Below are positions 39,439-48,323 of a stretch of 64,000 bases of DNA, piece by piece. Source of the stretch: Patescibacteria group bacterium (lineage in GTDB: Bacteria; Patescibacteriota; Patescibacteriia; UBA10025; JAHIVO01). Both the position numbers and the translations under genes were made by a program. Position 1 is the stretch's first letter, and the number at the start of each line of letters is the position of its first letter. A model generated the notes under the pieces. The model had not been told where the DNA came from. It saw only the letters and a list, made by a program, of their open reading frames with translations, and searched no databases. The stretch lies in assembly GCA_028718605.1 (NCBI GenBank), contig JAQULM010000002.1, positions 65,776 through 129,775 on the forward strand, written 5' to 3'.

Positions 39439-41226
39439 CTACATACTACCCGCCTCGATAACCCGTACCTGGGGCCCGCCGCTACTGCGCGGCGCGACGA
39501 TAAGCTCCTCGGAACCATCATTATCAACATCCCCGCCAGCCACGTTCACTCCCCCGAGAAAATTCGTCTCAAAGACGAAAAATTCCTTTTGCATCTCCTC
39601 TCGAATGTTGTATATGCGCACTAGCGGCGTCGCGTTGCCGCCAACGCCCACGACGAGCTCTTTCGTGCCATCGCCGTCGGTATCAACTCCCGCGACAGAC
39701 ACCCCGCCCCGGTAATCCGCATTGAAGGCATAAAAACCCGGCGATAAACGCTTCAACTCATTCGGGCGTATCTGGAAAATTTGCACGTGCGGTGCGCCAA
39801 CTTCCGGGCCAGTCACAATCTCATCCCTGCCGTCACCGTCCATGTCAATCGTTGAAACCCGAATTCCCCCCCGAAAACCAGTATCATACGCCATAAAATT
39901 CGTGAGGATTTTGCCTGAAGCATTGTATACGAGCACGTGCGGCCCGCCACCGGCGCTTGCCGCAACCACAATTTCCGATGTACCGTCGCCATCCGTATCG
40001 CCACACGAGAGATTGACGCCCCCTGTGTATTTGCCGTCTAATACGTAAAACTCGTGCTCGACCTGCGTCCCATACGCATTAAAGATTCGAACGATTGGCC
40101 AGCCCCCTTTCCCCTGCGCCGTGACTATTTCCTCGAACCCGTCAGCGTTCACATCGCATGCCGTGACTCGGACGCCATTGCGCAAATTTTGGTCGTACGC
40201 AAAAAACTGCGCTTTCCTGTTCCCATCGGCGTCGAACACCTGGACCTGGGGACCCATGCCGGTTTCCGTGCCTGCGAGTATCTCATCACGCGCGTCTCCC
40301 GTAACATTCCCGGACGAAACACTATACCCGCCGCGGACTGCAGTATCATACGCGAAGAACGACGTACCCGAAGCAACCGGCGGCGAGTACTGTTCACCGG
40401 TATCGACGAACACAACCGCGTTCGGCATGTTGCGGCCAGGCCCGACACCATACTGGCCGTTATAGTACAGTGCGGACGATCCGCCGCCATCGAGATTCAT
40501 TGCGTACTGCATGCCCATAGCCTGCATCGCGTACCCGAGATCCATTACCGTCGCTGAAGATGCGACAACGAGGTACATGTTATCGCCCTTGAACCCAATG
40601 CCAGAACGGTTTGATTTTATCGTGCGCTGCTTGGTATCGAGCTCACTGGGCGAAACCGTCAGTTTGCTTTCGTAGATCAGCCCTGGTCCGTTCGAAATGA
40701 GTGCCTGGAGTTTTGTGTTGTTGCTCGCCTCAAACGCTTCCTTACCGGGCCAATCTTCCGCGACCTTGAAATAGTGCAGTTGATTTTCGGAATCAAATGC
40801 GATAACCGGGCCTGGATTAAACTGGTTCTGGTACGAATTCACGAATGTGCCCTTCAATGAATCGTACCACATCCAATAGTATGACCCTTCTTTGCCGGCG
40901 CAGGACGAATAATCGGATGGGCAGAAGTAACTGCCGTTGATGCCAGCGAACCCGCCGACCTGGTCCACGTACGATTGGAGCGGCCGTATCGGACTGGCGA
41001 CGTTCATCCGCTCGCCGGAAACGTCGGTTAATGAGCGTATCTGCAGCCCAGGATCGCTCATATTGATCCGCACTAACCGGACCGAGACGACCCCCGCGTC
41101 TGTGAGAACTGACAAGCTCTCCCATCCGGCATCAATGGCGTGCACGCCACGCGGCAATAAAAATAATGCTCCTACCACAAATGCGGATAGGATGCTTAAC
41201 CAATTTATATTCAACCGTTTCATCAT
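39439..41226 (-). CDS. Secreted phosphodiester glycosidase (NAGPA/DUF2233)-like domain fused to a C-terminal FG-GAP beta-propeller
   Basis: Signal peptide MMKRLNINWLSILSAFVVGALFLLPRGVHA. N-domain with AGINGSYF and DGGGSSALYYNG motifs typical of DUF2233. The C-terminal ~330 aa are ~80% identical in protein to the propeller of 35912-38638. Confidence 0.65.
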   Translation of the reverse strand: MMKRLNINWLSILSAFVVGALFLLPRGVHAIDAGWESLSVLTDAGVVSVRLVRINMSDPGLQIRSLTDVSGERMNVASPIRPLQSYVDQVGGFAGINGSYFCPSDYSSCAGKEGSYYWMWYDSLKGTFVNSYQNQFNPGPVIAFDSENQLHYFKVAEDWPGKEAFEASNNTKLQALISNGPGLIYESKLTVSPSELDTKQRTIKSNRSGIGFKGDNMYLVVASSATVMDLGYAMQAMGMQYAMNLDGGGSSALYYNGQYGVGPGRNMPNAVVFVDTGEQYSPPVASGTSFFAYDTAVRGGYSVSSGNVTGDARDEILAGTETGMGPQVQVFDADGNRKAQFFAYDQNLRNGVRVTACDVNADGFEEIVTAQGKGGWPIVRIFNAYGTQVEHEFYVLDGKYTGGVNLSCGDTDGDGTSEIVVAASAGGGPHVLVYNASGKILTNFMAYDTGFRGGIRVSTIDMDGDGRDEIVTGPEVGAPHVQIFQIRPNELKRLSPGFYAFNADYRGGVSVAGVDTDGDGTKELVVGVGGNATPLVRIYNIREEMQKEFFVFETNFLGGVNVAGGDVDNDGSEELIVAPRSSGGPQVRVIEAGSM

Positions 41227-41369
41227 ATGGTTGTGGTGGTTTCATTATACTCGAAAGTATGATTAGCACAAACGTACTTCGTGGGGTTCCAAGCGGGGAA
41301 AATGCGGCTCCGATTAAAAAAAGCGGGGATCCCCATTGGGAAACCCCCGCTCGCTTGGACATCGGATGA

Positions 41370-42557
41370 TTATCGATTCCATACCCAATCGCGTAGTACG
41401 ACGCTCAGATGATGCCTCCACCGCGGACGGCGGATGTACCCGCGCGGATACTGAATCAGCTTGACTGCCTCCCCGACGGAAGCAGGTAAAAAACCTCCTG
41501 CGACGAGCACGCCGGTTTTCTGTAAAACCATACACGCCTGGCTCGCATTGATCTGCCGCAACTCCGCAAATCCATCACTATTGAAAATCCCCAGGAGTGT
41601 GGATTTTCGGACATTGCCCAGAGACCGTGGCCCCGTGCAAAAAGCGCACAGACGGACGTCACCGCTCGGATCAATCGAAACATATGCATGTCCTGCACGG
41701 CACTGTGAATAGTGGATAATCCGTAACGGGCTATTGAGGGCGACGAGACGCCGCTCAACCGCCCAGAACGAATCTTCGTGCAGGACGAACCGCTGGTCGT
41801 CCGCGACACCGACGGGAATGTAGTGGAAATGGAATGCAAAGAGCGCACCGCGCCTGACTAACTCTTTCATGCAGCTCAGGGATGTGACGTTGAGGTAGTT
41901 CTCCTGCGTTATCGTTATCGACGCGCCAGCAATCACACCATGCTCCTGCGCGAGCTCCAATGCGCGGAACGCCCCACTGTCATCCTTCCGACCGGAATAG
42001 ACATTGATCGCGAGAGCGATCCCCAAACGCCGGAAATCGATAACGTCCTGCTCGGTAACAAGATCTCCATTGGTAAAAACTATGAAGATCATTTCATCGC
42101 CGAGACGCTTTTTGATGCGCTTGATCATCTCCTTCATGAGCATCGGCTCTCCGCCAAGAATCAGAATGATCATGCACCCATTTACAATGGATTCCTTACC
42201 GAGCTTGACCCAATCATCCTCAGTCATGTCCTCGATTGCAGCTTTCTCCGACTTTGGGCAACCAGGACACGCCCGATTGCACCGATTCGTGAGAAACCAC
42301 GTCTGTGCTGACGGGAAGAAAAGCCCGCGCTGGCGAAGACGCCGGTTACGGGTGCTGTTGAGGAGCGTATTCTCAAGAATCCGCATCCAGTGGGAAAAAT
42401 CCGGCGGACTCCGATGGTACGCCAGTCCAATCCAATTCTGGCGAAATTGGTGCAGGAACAAATACAGGAGTACCGTCCCCCACAAATAGAGCTTTACAGT
42501 CAGCCGTGACGTGATAATCCAAACAACAAGTGACTTCACCGTTTGTCCCATGAACAA
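41370..42557 (-). CDS. Membrane-anchored radical SAM enzyme with a C-terminal SPASM/twitch-like auxiliary-cluster domain
   Basis: N-terminal TM segment(s), CxxxCxxC at TNRCNRACPGC, glycine-rich SAM motif ILGGEPML, and a C-terminal Cys cluster CRAGHAYVSIDPSGDVRLCAFC with the SPASM-like spacing. Confidence 0.7.
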   Translation of the reverse strand: MFMGQTVKSLVVWIITSRLTVKLYLWGTVLLYLFLHQFRQNWIGLAYHRSPPDFSHWMRILENTLLNSTRNRRLRQRGLFFPSAQTWFLTNRCNRACPGCPKSEKAAIEDMTEDDWVKLGKESIVNGCMIILILGGEPMLMKEMIKRIKKRLGDEMIFIVFTNGDLVTEQDVIDFRRLGIALAINVYSGRKDDSGAFRALELAQEHGVIAGASITITQENYLNVTSLSCMKELVRRGALFAFHFHYIPVGVADDQRFVLHEDSFWAVERRLVALNSPLRIIHYSQCRAGHAYVSIDPSGDVRLCAFCTGPRSLGNVRKSTLLGIFNSDGFAELRQINASQACMVLQKTGVLVAGGFLPASVGEAVKLIQYPRGYIRRPRWRHHLSVVLRDWVWNR

Positions 42558-42716
42558 TCCTCCAATCTATTCGAAAATATCAACGTTCGAACGAACAATA
42601 AACAAACAATCGGTTTACCTTACCATTGTTGAAAAAAATGTCAACCCCCTTGTTGAATGGCTCTGGGTGCTGACTTCGAACCAGCATCACCGCATGAACC
42701 CGCCTGCCTCAACGAA

Positions 42717-42789
42717 CTCTAGGGGGAGGACTCGAACCTCCAACTTCTGCATTAACAGTGCAGCGTTCTACCAATTGAACTACCCTAGA
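42717..42789 (-). tRNA. tRNA-Asn (anticodon GTT), CCA not encoded
   Basis: Minus-strand reading TCTAGGG-TA-GTTC-AATTGGTA-GAAC-G-CTGCA-CTGTTAA-TGCAG-AAGTT-GGAGG-TTCGAGT-CCTCC-CCCTAGA-G; the arms pair properly. Confidence 0.8.
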
Positions 42790-42837
42790 GTTCGGCGGGC
42801 AGGCAGTGCAGGGTTTTACCAATTTAAACTACCCCGG
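42790..42837 (-). repeat. Diverged partial duplicate of the tRNA-Asn 5' half immediately upstream of the intact gene, ending in a GGCAGGCAG/CTGCCTGCC motif
   Basis: Minus strand CCGGGGTAGTTTAAATTGGTAAAACCCTGCACTGCCTGCCCGCCGAAC versus tRNA-Asn TCTAGGGTAGTTCAATTGGTAGAACGCTGCACTG: 26/32 identity over the acceptor, D-arm and anticodon stem, then CTGCCTGCC instead of the anticodon loop. Confidence 0.55.
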
Positions 42838-42840
42838 AAT

Positions 42841-42870
42841 AAAAAAATTCCCGCTTGTCGGCGGGACTTT
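42841..42870 (-). terminator. Intrinsic terminator for the DedA gene (hairpin followed by T7 on the minus strand)
   Basis: Minus strand GTCCCGCCGACAAGCGGGAATTTTTTT. Confidence 0.55.
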
Positions 42871-43001
42871 ATTCTATTTGATTACACAATGAAAATCACG
42901 CCGATGCGAAACGGTTGTTCTTGTTATTATTCGATGTGTGGACGGGATATTTCATAGTGTCTGTATTGTATGCCAATGCTCTGCTTGCTGTCAATACGCG
43001 C

Positions 43002-43700
43002 TTACGCTTCCGGCGCCGTATCTTTCGAAAATACTTTTTCCACGGTAACGGCCACGAGCATTATGAGCAGAATAATGAACGCATAACCGAGCCGCGCGCC
43101 GCCGGATGCGGACAGGAGCTTGCTGCCGAACGTCGTGAGAATGGACAGGTTGATGGCAAAACCGACGGTTATAATAAAGAGAAACCGGCGGTACTTCATA
43201 TCGGCAAGCCCGATGACGTAGCCAAACATGTCCAGTGGAAAAATCGGCACCGCGTACATCGCGAGCACGAGGAAACGGTTCCGGCGCAGGAATTTATCAT
43301 ACTTGGCAATAGTCCGCTCTTTGATAATCTTCTGCACGATCGGCCGGCCGAGCTTGCGCGCGATCCAGAACGAACATGTGGAACCGATAATATTCGCGAC
43401 CCAGACGTACAGCATTCCCGGCCATACGCCGTACAGCACGCCCGCGCCGATGGAAATGAACGTGCCCGGAAGGGGCGCGATTATTGACTCAATCACGACT
43501 GTCAGCATAAGCGCGAGCGGGCCGCTCGCACCGAAGCGGCTGACCCACTCAGTCACGTCGCTCTTGGTCGGCAATGAGGGATTCCATACCACGAAGGCAA
43601 GTACAAGTGCGAGAAAAACGCCGATAATGATAAGGTCCGTCTTCCATAAATCCTTATGGGTGCGGAATACCCGGTCGTATGCTGTATGGATAAAACTCAT
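43002..43700 (-). CDS. DedA/TVP38/SNARE-associated family membrane protein
   Basis: DedA core motifs (ESIIAPLPG.F, GAGVLYG, WIARKLGRPIV). Start taken at the ATG (MSFIHT) 6 nt after a TACAAT box, possibly leaderless; the track ORF extends to 43742. Confidence 0.7.
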   Translation of the reverse strand: MSFIHTAYDRVFRTHKDLWKTDLIIIGVFLALVLAFVVWNPSLPTKSDVTEWVSRFGASGPLALMLTVVIESIIAPLPGTFISIGAGVLYGVWPGMLYVWVANIIGSTCSFWIARKLGRPIVQKIIKERTIAKYDKFLRRNRFLVLAMYAVPIFPLDMFGYVIGLADMKYRRFLFIITVGFAINLSILTTFGSKLLSASGGARLGYAFIILLIMLVAVTVEKVFSKDTAPEA

Positions 43701-43805
43701 GCGTATATTGTACCCTATTTTAATAAAAATAAAGAGTGGCATATGATAAACAGAATGCCAATTGGAGTGCTTTATAAAAATATCCCGACAAACACTTGAT
43801 TGCTG

Positions 43806-44978
43806 CTACCCGACAAGCGCGAGCCATCCGGGTTTGAACACAAGCACGATCCCGAGCAGCAGGATGACAATGCCGCCGATCAGCGTCGCGTATCGCGAAT
43901 ACTTGCCGCTCGTACCGACTGCTTTCGCCGTTACCATGGCAATAGCGAATACGATCATGTCGTCGAGCATGAAAATAATCACGTACAGCGCCAGGTACAG
44001 GTAGTACTGGAAACGCGACAAGTTGTTTAATGCAAGTACCTGGGTAAATATTGCGGGTAGGCCGACTGAACACGCAAGCTCAATCAAATTTACGATAAAT
44101 GCGACAACAATAATCGCGGGAATGGCGAGCCAGAGCGCGCGCGTCTGGACTGCCTTTTTTATGCGTTCAGTAATACTGCGGCGCTGTTCAACGTTCGTGG
44201 CCTCGCATTCCCCTGGTTTCATCTTCGTAAACCGGCGGATGTAGTACGCGCCAACGCCGAGCGCACATACGCCAATCAGTACCTGGACAAACCTGACCAT
44301 GCCGATAAAGTGGAAAAACTCCAGCCACGCGGCGAGAAAAACGAAATAAATAAAAGCAGACGCTCCGATAAATGTCAGCCCCAGGAGCCACATGCGCCGG
44401 CGGTTCTTCATCGGCAGCATCATGCTGATGAGGATGATAAGCACCCACATAGCGCACGGATTAAACCCGTCAATCGCGGCAACAACTGCGGTCATTCCGA
44501 CGATTGAAAACCTCGACAAATCAACCTGCCCGACAATTGGCAGCGTCACCAGGAGCGGATTCTCCTGCTCACACTTCATTTCCTCCAGGCACTGGTCGAT
44601 GATGCCCCGGATGCGGGAGCCAGTATCCGATTCGGTATTGAACCCGACAACCACCTCATCGCGGATAAATGTCGCCGGTACGCCAGTAATCGATTGGCCG
44701 GAATCTTTGATGAACTTGATAAAGAGGTCACGGTTTTCCGTACTCGATTGGATTTCGTACCTATTGATATGGATCTGGCTGCCGTACTCCTGCTCGAGTG
44801 TGTCCAAAAACGGCTCCTCTTTCGCACAGTGGGGGCACCCCTCGCGCCAAAAAAAATTGATCTCAAGTGGCTCCGCTGCCGCCCGCGTGATGGCAGGAAA
44901 CAGCGCACCAATAACGGCAGCTGAAACAACGAATACGATAATAAAATTTCGGAATGCTCTCATAGGAGGATGGTACAC
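43806..44978 (-). CDS. Fusion of a thioredoxin-like domain (CPHC) with a CcdA/DsbD-type transmembrane electron-transfer domain
   Basis: N-terminal TM, thioredoxin motif FFWREGCPHCAKEEP, then a 6-8 TM CcdA-like region with two conserved Cys (FNPCAMW, ELACSVGLP). Confidence 0.65.
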   Translation of the reverse strand: MYHPPMRAFRNFIIVFVVSAAVIGALFPAITRAAAEPLEINFFWREGCPHCAKEEPFLDTLEQEYGSQIHINRYEIQSSTENRDLFIKFIKDSGQSITGVPATFIRDEVVVGFNTESDTGSRIRGIIDQCLEEMKCEQENPLLVTLPIVGQVDLSRFSIVGMTAVVAAIDGFNPCAMWVLIILISMMLPMKNRRRMWLLGLTFIGASAFIYFVFLAAWLEFFHFIGMVRFVQVLIGVCALGVGAYYIRRFTKMKPGECEATNVEQRRSITERIKKAVQTRALWLAIPAIIVVAFIVNLIELACSVGLPAIFTQVLALNNLSRFQYYLYLALYVIIFMLDDMIVFAIAMVTAKAVGTSGKYSRYATLIGGIVILLLGIVLVFKPGWLALVG

Positions 44979-45100
44979 ATCATACAGGGTAATTCCGCCG
45001 GCTGCAATATGAGGAAATCAACTCCCGATCGGATGCAGATAAAAAAGGAAGCGGATGGCGACACGGACCACCCGCTTGGGGAAAATATGATCAATTCCTC

Positions 45101-45607
45101 CTATCCTTGAGGCGCTTCGGCGTCTCCAGCCGGCAATCCGTGCACTGCAAGCTGGCGGTTGCGGTACCGCTTGTCATACGTTACCTCTCTGATGATCGGC
45201 CAGTCAGCGGGTGGTACGAAGGCATTTGCGGCTTGTTCAGACTCGAATTCAATCTCGAGTATGAAGAGTCCGGCAAGGCTGCCCTGGAACACGTCCACTT
45301 CGAATGTGAGGTTGCCGACACGTATGGAGTACCGGTACTTTTCCAGGCGCCTGCCCTGAGTCAACGGCCAATCAGTGCAGAACACCCACCGCGGGATCTC
45401 GGTTTCCCATTCCCGGCGGCTCAACTGGCCGCCGTTCTTCACCGTCATGAAGTACTCGTAACGATAGCGCTTTGGGCCCTTGGTGCCGCATTGCCGTAAC
45501 CGCGGAGCGCTTTTTCCATCCAGATACCCCTGGCGGATAAGAATTCCGGGATCGCCCCCTATGCATCCTGGCACCTCGCTGAGCACAAATTTGCGCTCAA
45601 CTTCCAT
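45101..45607 (-). CDS. CYTH-domain protein (triphosphate tunnel metalloenzyme; CyaB/ThTPase-like)
   Basis: MEVERKFVL opening (ExExK), conserved R/K and E residues along the predicted beta-barrel (RLR, ETEI, FEVDVF, EIEFE). Start taken at the internal Met; the track ORF begins at 45637. Confidence 0.6.
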   Translation of the reverse strand: MEVERKFVLSEVPGCIGGDPGILIRQGYLDGKSAPRLRQCGTKGPKRYRYEYFMTVKNGGQLSRREWETEIPRWVFCTDWPLTQGRRLEKYRYSIRVGNLTFEVDVFQGSLAGLFILEIEFESEQAANAFVPPADWPIIREVTYDKRYRNRQLAVHGLPAGDAEAPQG

Positions 45608-45743
45608 ATGGCTTGCGCCACCGAGATTCGTTTTCAATCAAACACCTCCTTACTCCTCTACAAGAACACGTGACTCAATTGAATGCTGAATGGTACCAAA
45701 AAACTGCACTCATGTCAAGCGAGTAGCTTCTTCTTGCCGCTTA

Positions 45744-46412
45744 TTACTGGTGCACAATCCGACCGTCTCGCATCTCGATGGTACGCTGGGCGTGTTTCGC
45801 GATATCCAACGCATGGGTAACGACAATCAGTGTCACCCCTTTTTCGCGATTAAGCTTTTCGAGGATGTCCATGATTTGCAGGCCTGCTTTTGTGTCCACG
45901 TCACCAGTCGGCTCATCGCCGAGGATGACAAGAGGATCGTTTGCGAGAGCACGGGCGATTGCGACGCGCTGGCGCTCACCGCCGGACATACGAGTCGGGC
46001 GTTTGCCAGCAAGGTGCCCGACACCGATAAGCTCGAGGAGTAACCGGGCTTTTGCCTCCTTGGCTGACGCGGATCCGGAGATTTCATGCATCGGGATAAT
46101 AACATTCTCCAGTGCGGTCAGCTGCGGAAGGAGGTTATGGAGCTGAAAAATGAAGCCAACTTTGTGGCTTCGCACCTCGTCCAAAGCAGCGAAAGTTGCA
46201 AGATCGGCGCCGTCCAAGAAGACCTGGCCGGACGTCGGCCGGTCTAACGCCGATATCATATTGAGGAGTGTTGATTTGCCGCACCCGGACGGGCCAATAA
46301 TCGAGATGTATTCACCTCGGCGTATGGAAATATCAACACCGTCCAAGGCCTTCACCCGGCCCTCCTCGAAGTATTTTTTCAGATCGTGAGTTTCGATAAT
46401 GGAATCGTTCAT
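45744..46412 (-). CDS. ABC transporter ATP-binding protein (MacB/LolD/FtsE-type)
   Basis: Walker A GPSGCGKST, Q-loop, signature SGGERQRVAIARAL, Walker B ILGDEPTGDVD; 222 aa. Confidence 0.85.
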   Translation of the reverse strand: MNDSIIETHDLKKYFEEGRVKALDGVDISIRRGEYISIIGPSGCGKSTLLNMISALDRPTSGQVFLDGADLATFAALDEVRSHKVGFIFQLHNLLPQLTALENVIIPMHEISGSASAKEAKARLLLELIGVGHLAGKRPTRMSGGERQRVAIARALANDPLVILGDEPTGDVDTKAGLQIMDILEKLNREKGVTLIVVTHALDIAKHAQRTIEMRDGRIVHQ

Positions 46413-46418
46413 ATGCGT

Positions 46419-47576
46419 TTACTCGTAGCGCAACGCTTCCATCGGGGAAAAACGCGACGCACGGTATGCGGGGTAGAGAGCGCCGAGAATAACGACAACG
46501 ACGGCGACCAGCAGTGCTTGCAGGAAAATTTCAGCTTCCATGGTGATGTCCAGCCAGGATTTTGCCATATTGGTCTGCATCATCAGCCAGACGACCCCGA
46601 GCCCGAGAGCGATACCGATAATGGCAGCCCCCAGCGAAATGACGATCGCCTCGCCGAGAATCATGGCCATCACCCGCCTCCGCTTCCAGCCGACGGCGCG
46701 CAGCACTCCGATTTCCCGCGTACGTTCGAATACCGACATGATAATCGTGTTCATAACGCCAATGCCGCCGATGACCATAGCAAGGACGGAAATCGCCCAC
46801 GATACGGAATCAATAATGCTCAAACCTTGGTCCAGGGAACCGAAATCATCCATGTCGACCACGCATAAGAGCGCAGTATCTCGTGCTTCGACAGCGTCTG
46901 CCACAGCCCGCGGATCCAACCCCGGATTGATATTGACCATTGCCATGCTGACCTGATTATCGGTATAAGAATTCAAGCGCTGAGTTTCCGCGATTGTCGT
47001 CGCAGCGCCGCCATCCTGCATTGTCACGCCGGACTCAAAAATGCCAACAATCGCATAATCCTTATTATTGAGCACAATAGTGTCTCCGACTTTCAGGTTA
47101 TAGTTTTTTGCGGCAATGCGCCCAATGGCAACCTCGTCGCCGTTTCGGTATATCCGCCCGTCGGTAATCCGTGCACCGAGGAGATCAAGGTCATTCGGGT
47201 CAATTCCGCCCAGAATAAAGTAAGGATTACCAGTGAACGGCGCGAGGGACATAACATATGGGACGACGGACTCGACACCCTCGGTATTACGCACGGTCTG
47301 GAGTTGCTCCCGGGTAACGACGCTCAGTATCATGTCGGCAACGTCTGCTTTTGCAACGGTAAAATCCGCCTTCCCCGGTTTAAAGGCCGTAGACATGCTG
47401 TTTGTCAGCCCGTTCGAAACCATACCGAAGATAATGATCGTCGCGATGCCGATGCTAATGCCGACGATGGTCAGGATAGTCCGCGTCTTGCGATTGAACA
47501 GATTTTTTATGATGAGGCGTAGAAAAAGCATATGTAGTATTGCAATACAGTATAGTAAAAAAGCTAAGTACAACAA
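46419..47576 (-). CDS. ABC transporter permease, FtsX/MacB family (N-terminal TM, periplasmic MacB-PCD-like domain, C-terminal FtsX 3-TM bundle)
   Basis: 385 aa; the topology and C-terminal FtsX region are conserved (VFERTREIGVLRAVGW...RFSPMEALR). Confidence 0.75.
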   Translation of the reverse strand: MLYLAFLLYCIAILHMLFLRLIIKNLFNRKTRTILTIVGISIGIATIIIFGMVSNGLTNSMSTAFKPGKADFTVAKADVADMILSVVTREQLQTVRNTEGVESVVPYVMSLAPFTGNPYFILGGIDPNDLDLLGARITDGRIYRNGDEVAIGRIAAKNYNLKVGDTIVLNNKDYAIVGIFESGVTMQDGGAATTIAETQRLNSYTDNQVSMAMVNINPGLDPRAVADAVEARDTALLCVVDMDDFGSLDQGLSIIDSVSWAISVLAMVIGGIGVMNTIIMSVFERTREIGVLRAVGWKRRRVMAMILGEAIVISLGAAIIGIALGLGVVWLMMQTNMAKSWLDITMEAEIFLQALLVAVVVVILGALYPAYRASRFSPMEALRYE

Positions 47577-47624
47577 TCATAATTTCGCTTTATTCTCCCA
47601 GTTTTCTCGGTCATAACAAAATTT

Positions 47625-48194
47625 TCAACTTATCGCGATCATCCGCCGATACAATAGTACCGCGCGGTCCCGCACGGGTAGCCTGGTGTTCCTGGTCTGG
47701 CGCTTGACGAATGCGGTGATTTGTTTGGAAGATTTCAACGTCTCATCATCAAAACCGGCGAACACGTCAAGCAAATGCCCTATCACGATATTGCCGCATT
47801 CAGGCGACGGCTTCCCTTTATTGTAGTACATAACTTTTTCCACCCCGAGTAAAGCTTTGAGAATCTTGCTTCGTAATCGCGGCTTATGCGCGGCGATTTT
47901 ACCCAATGCATTCACTGCATTACTTGCGGTGATCAGTGACGGGGCTTTGGTAAAGCGCAGTAACCGGGGCACCAGTTTCGTTATCCGGCCTTGGGCATCT
48001 GCGGCCGAAAGATTGCCGATGACAATCAAACCGGTCCAGCGGAGCACGTTGTTTTCTCCGTCCAGCAACCGGACAAAGGTATTCAACTGTGGGTACAGCG
48101 TTTGGGGATTCTTTTCTGAAACGGCGATCGCCCGCTTCGCACAATGATACTTAATTTCCGGTTTGTCTGATTTGAAATCGTGTAAATTAATCAT
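47625..48194 (-). CDS. Hypothetical alpha-helical protein embedded between the two ABC modules
   Basis: 189 aa, no TM, helical-repeat-like (possibly HEAT/ARM-like); no recognisable catalytic motif. Confidence 0.4.
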   Translation of the reverse strand: MINLHDFKSDKPEIKYHCAKRAIAVSEKNPQTLYPQLNTFVRLLDGENNVLRWTGLIVIGNLSAADAQGRITKLVPRLLRFTKAPSLITASNAVNALGKIAAHKPRLRSKILKALLGVEKVMYYNKGKPSPECGNIVIGHLLDVFAGFDDETLKSSKQITAFVKRQTRNTRLPVRDRAVLLYRRMIAIS

Positions 48195-48323
48195 ACGCGC
48201 AATGGCTTCCTCGTTAAGTACGACAGAAACAATATTTATATTGTAAATCCATTTTTATTTTTAAACAAGTAAAAACTTCGCAGGTACCTGCGAAGTTTTT
48301 ATTAGATACAACGATGGTAATTG

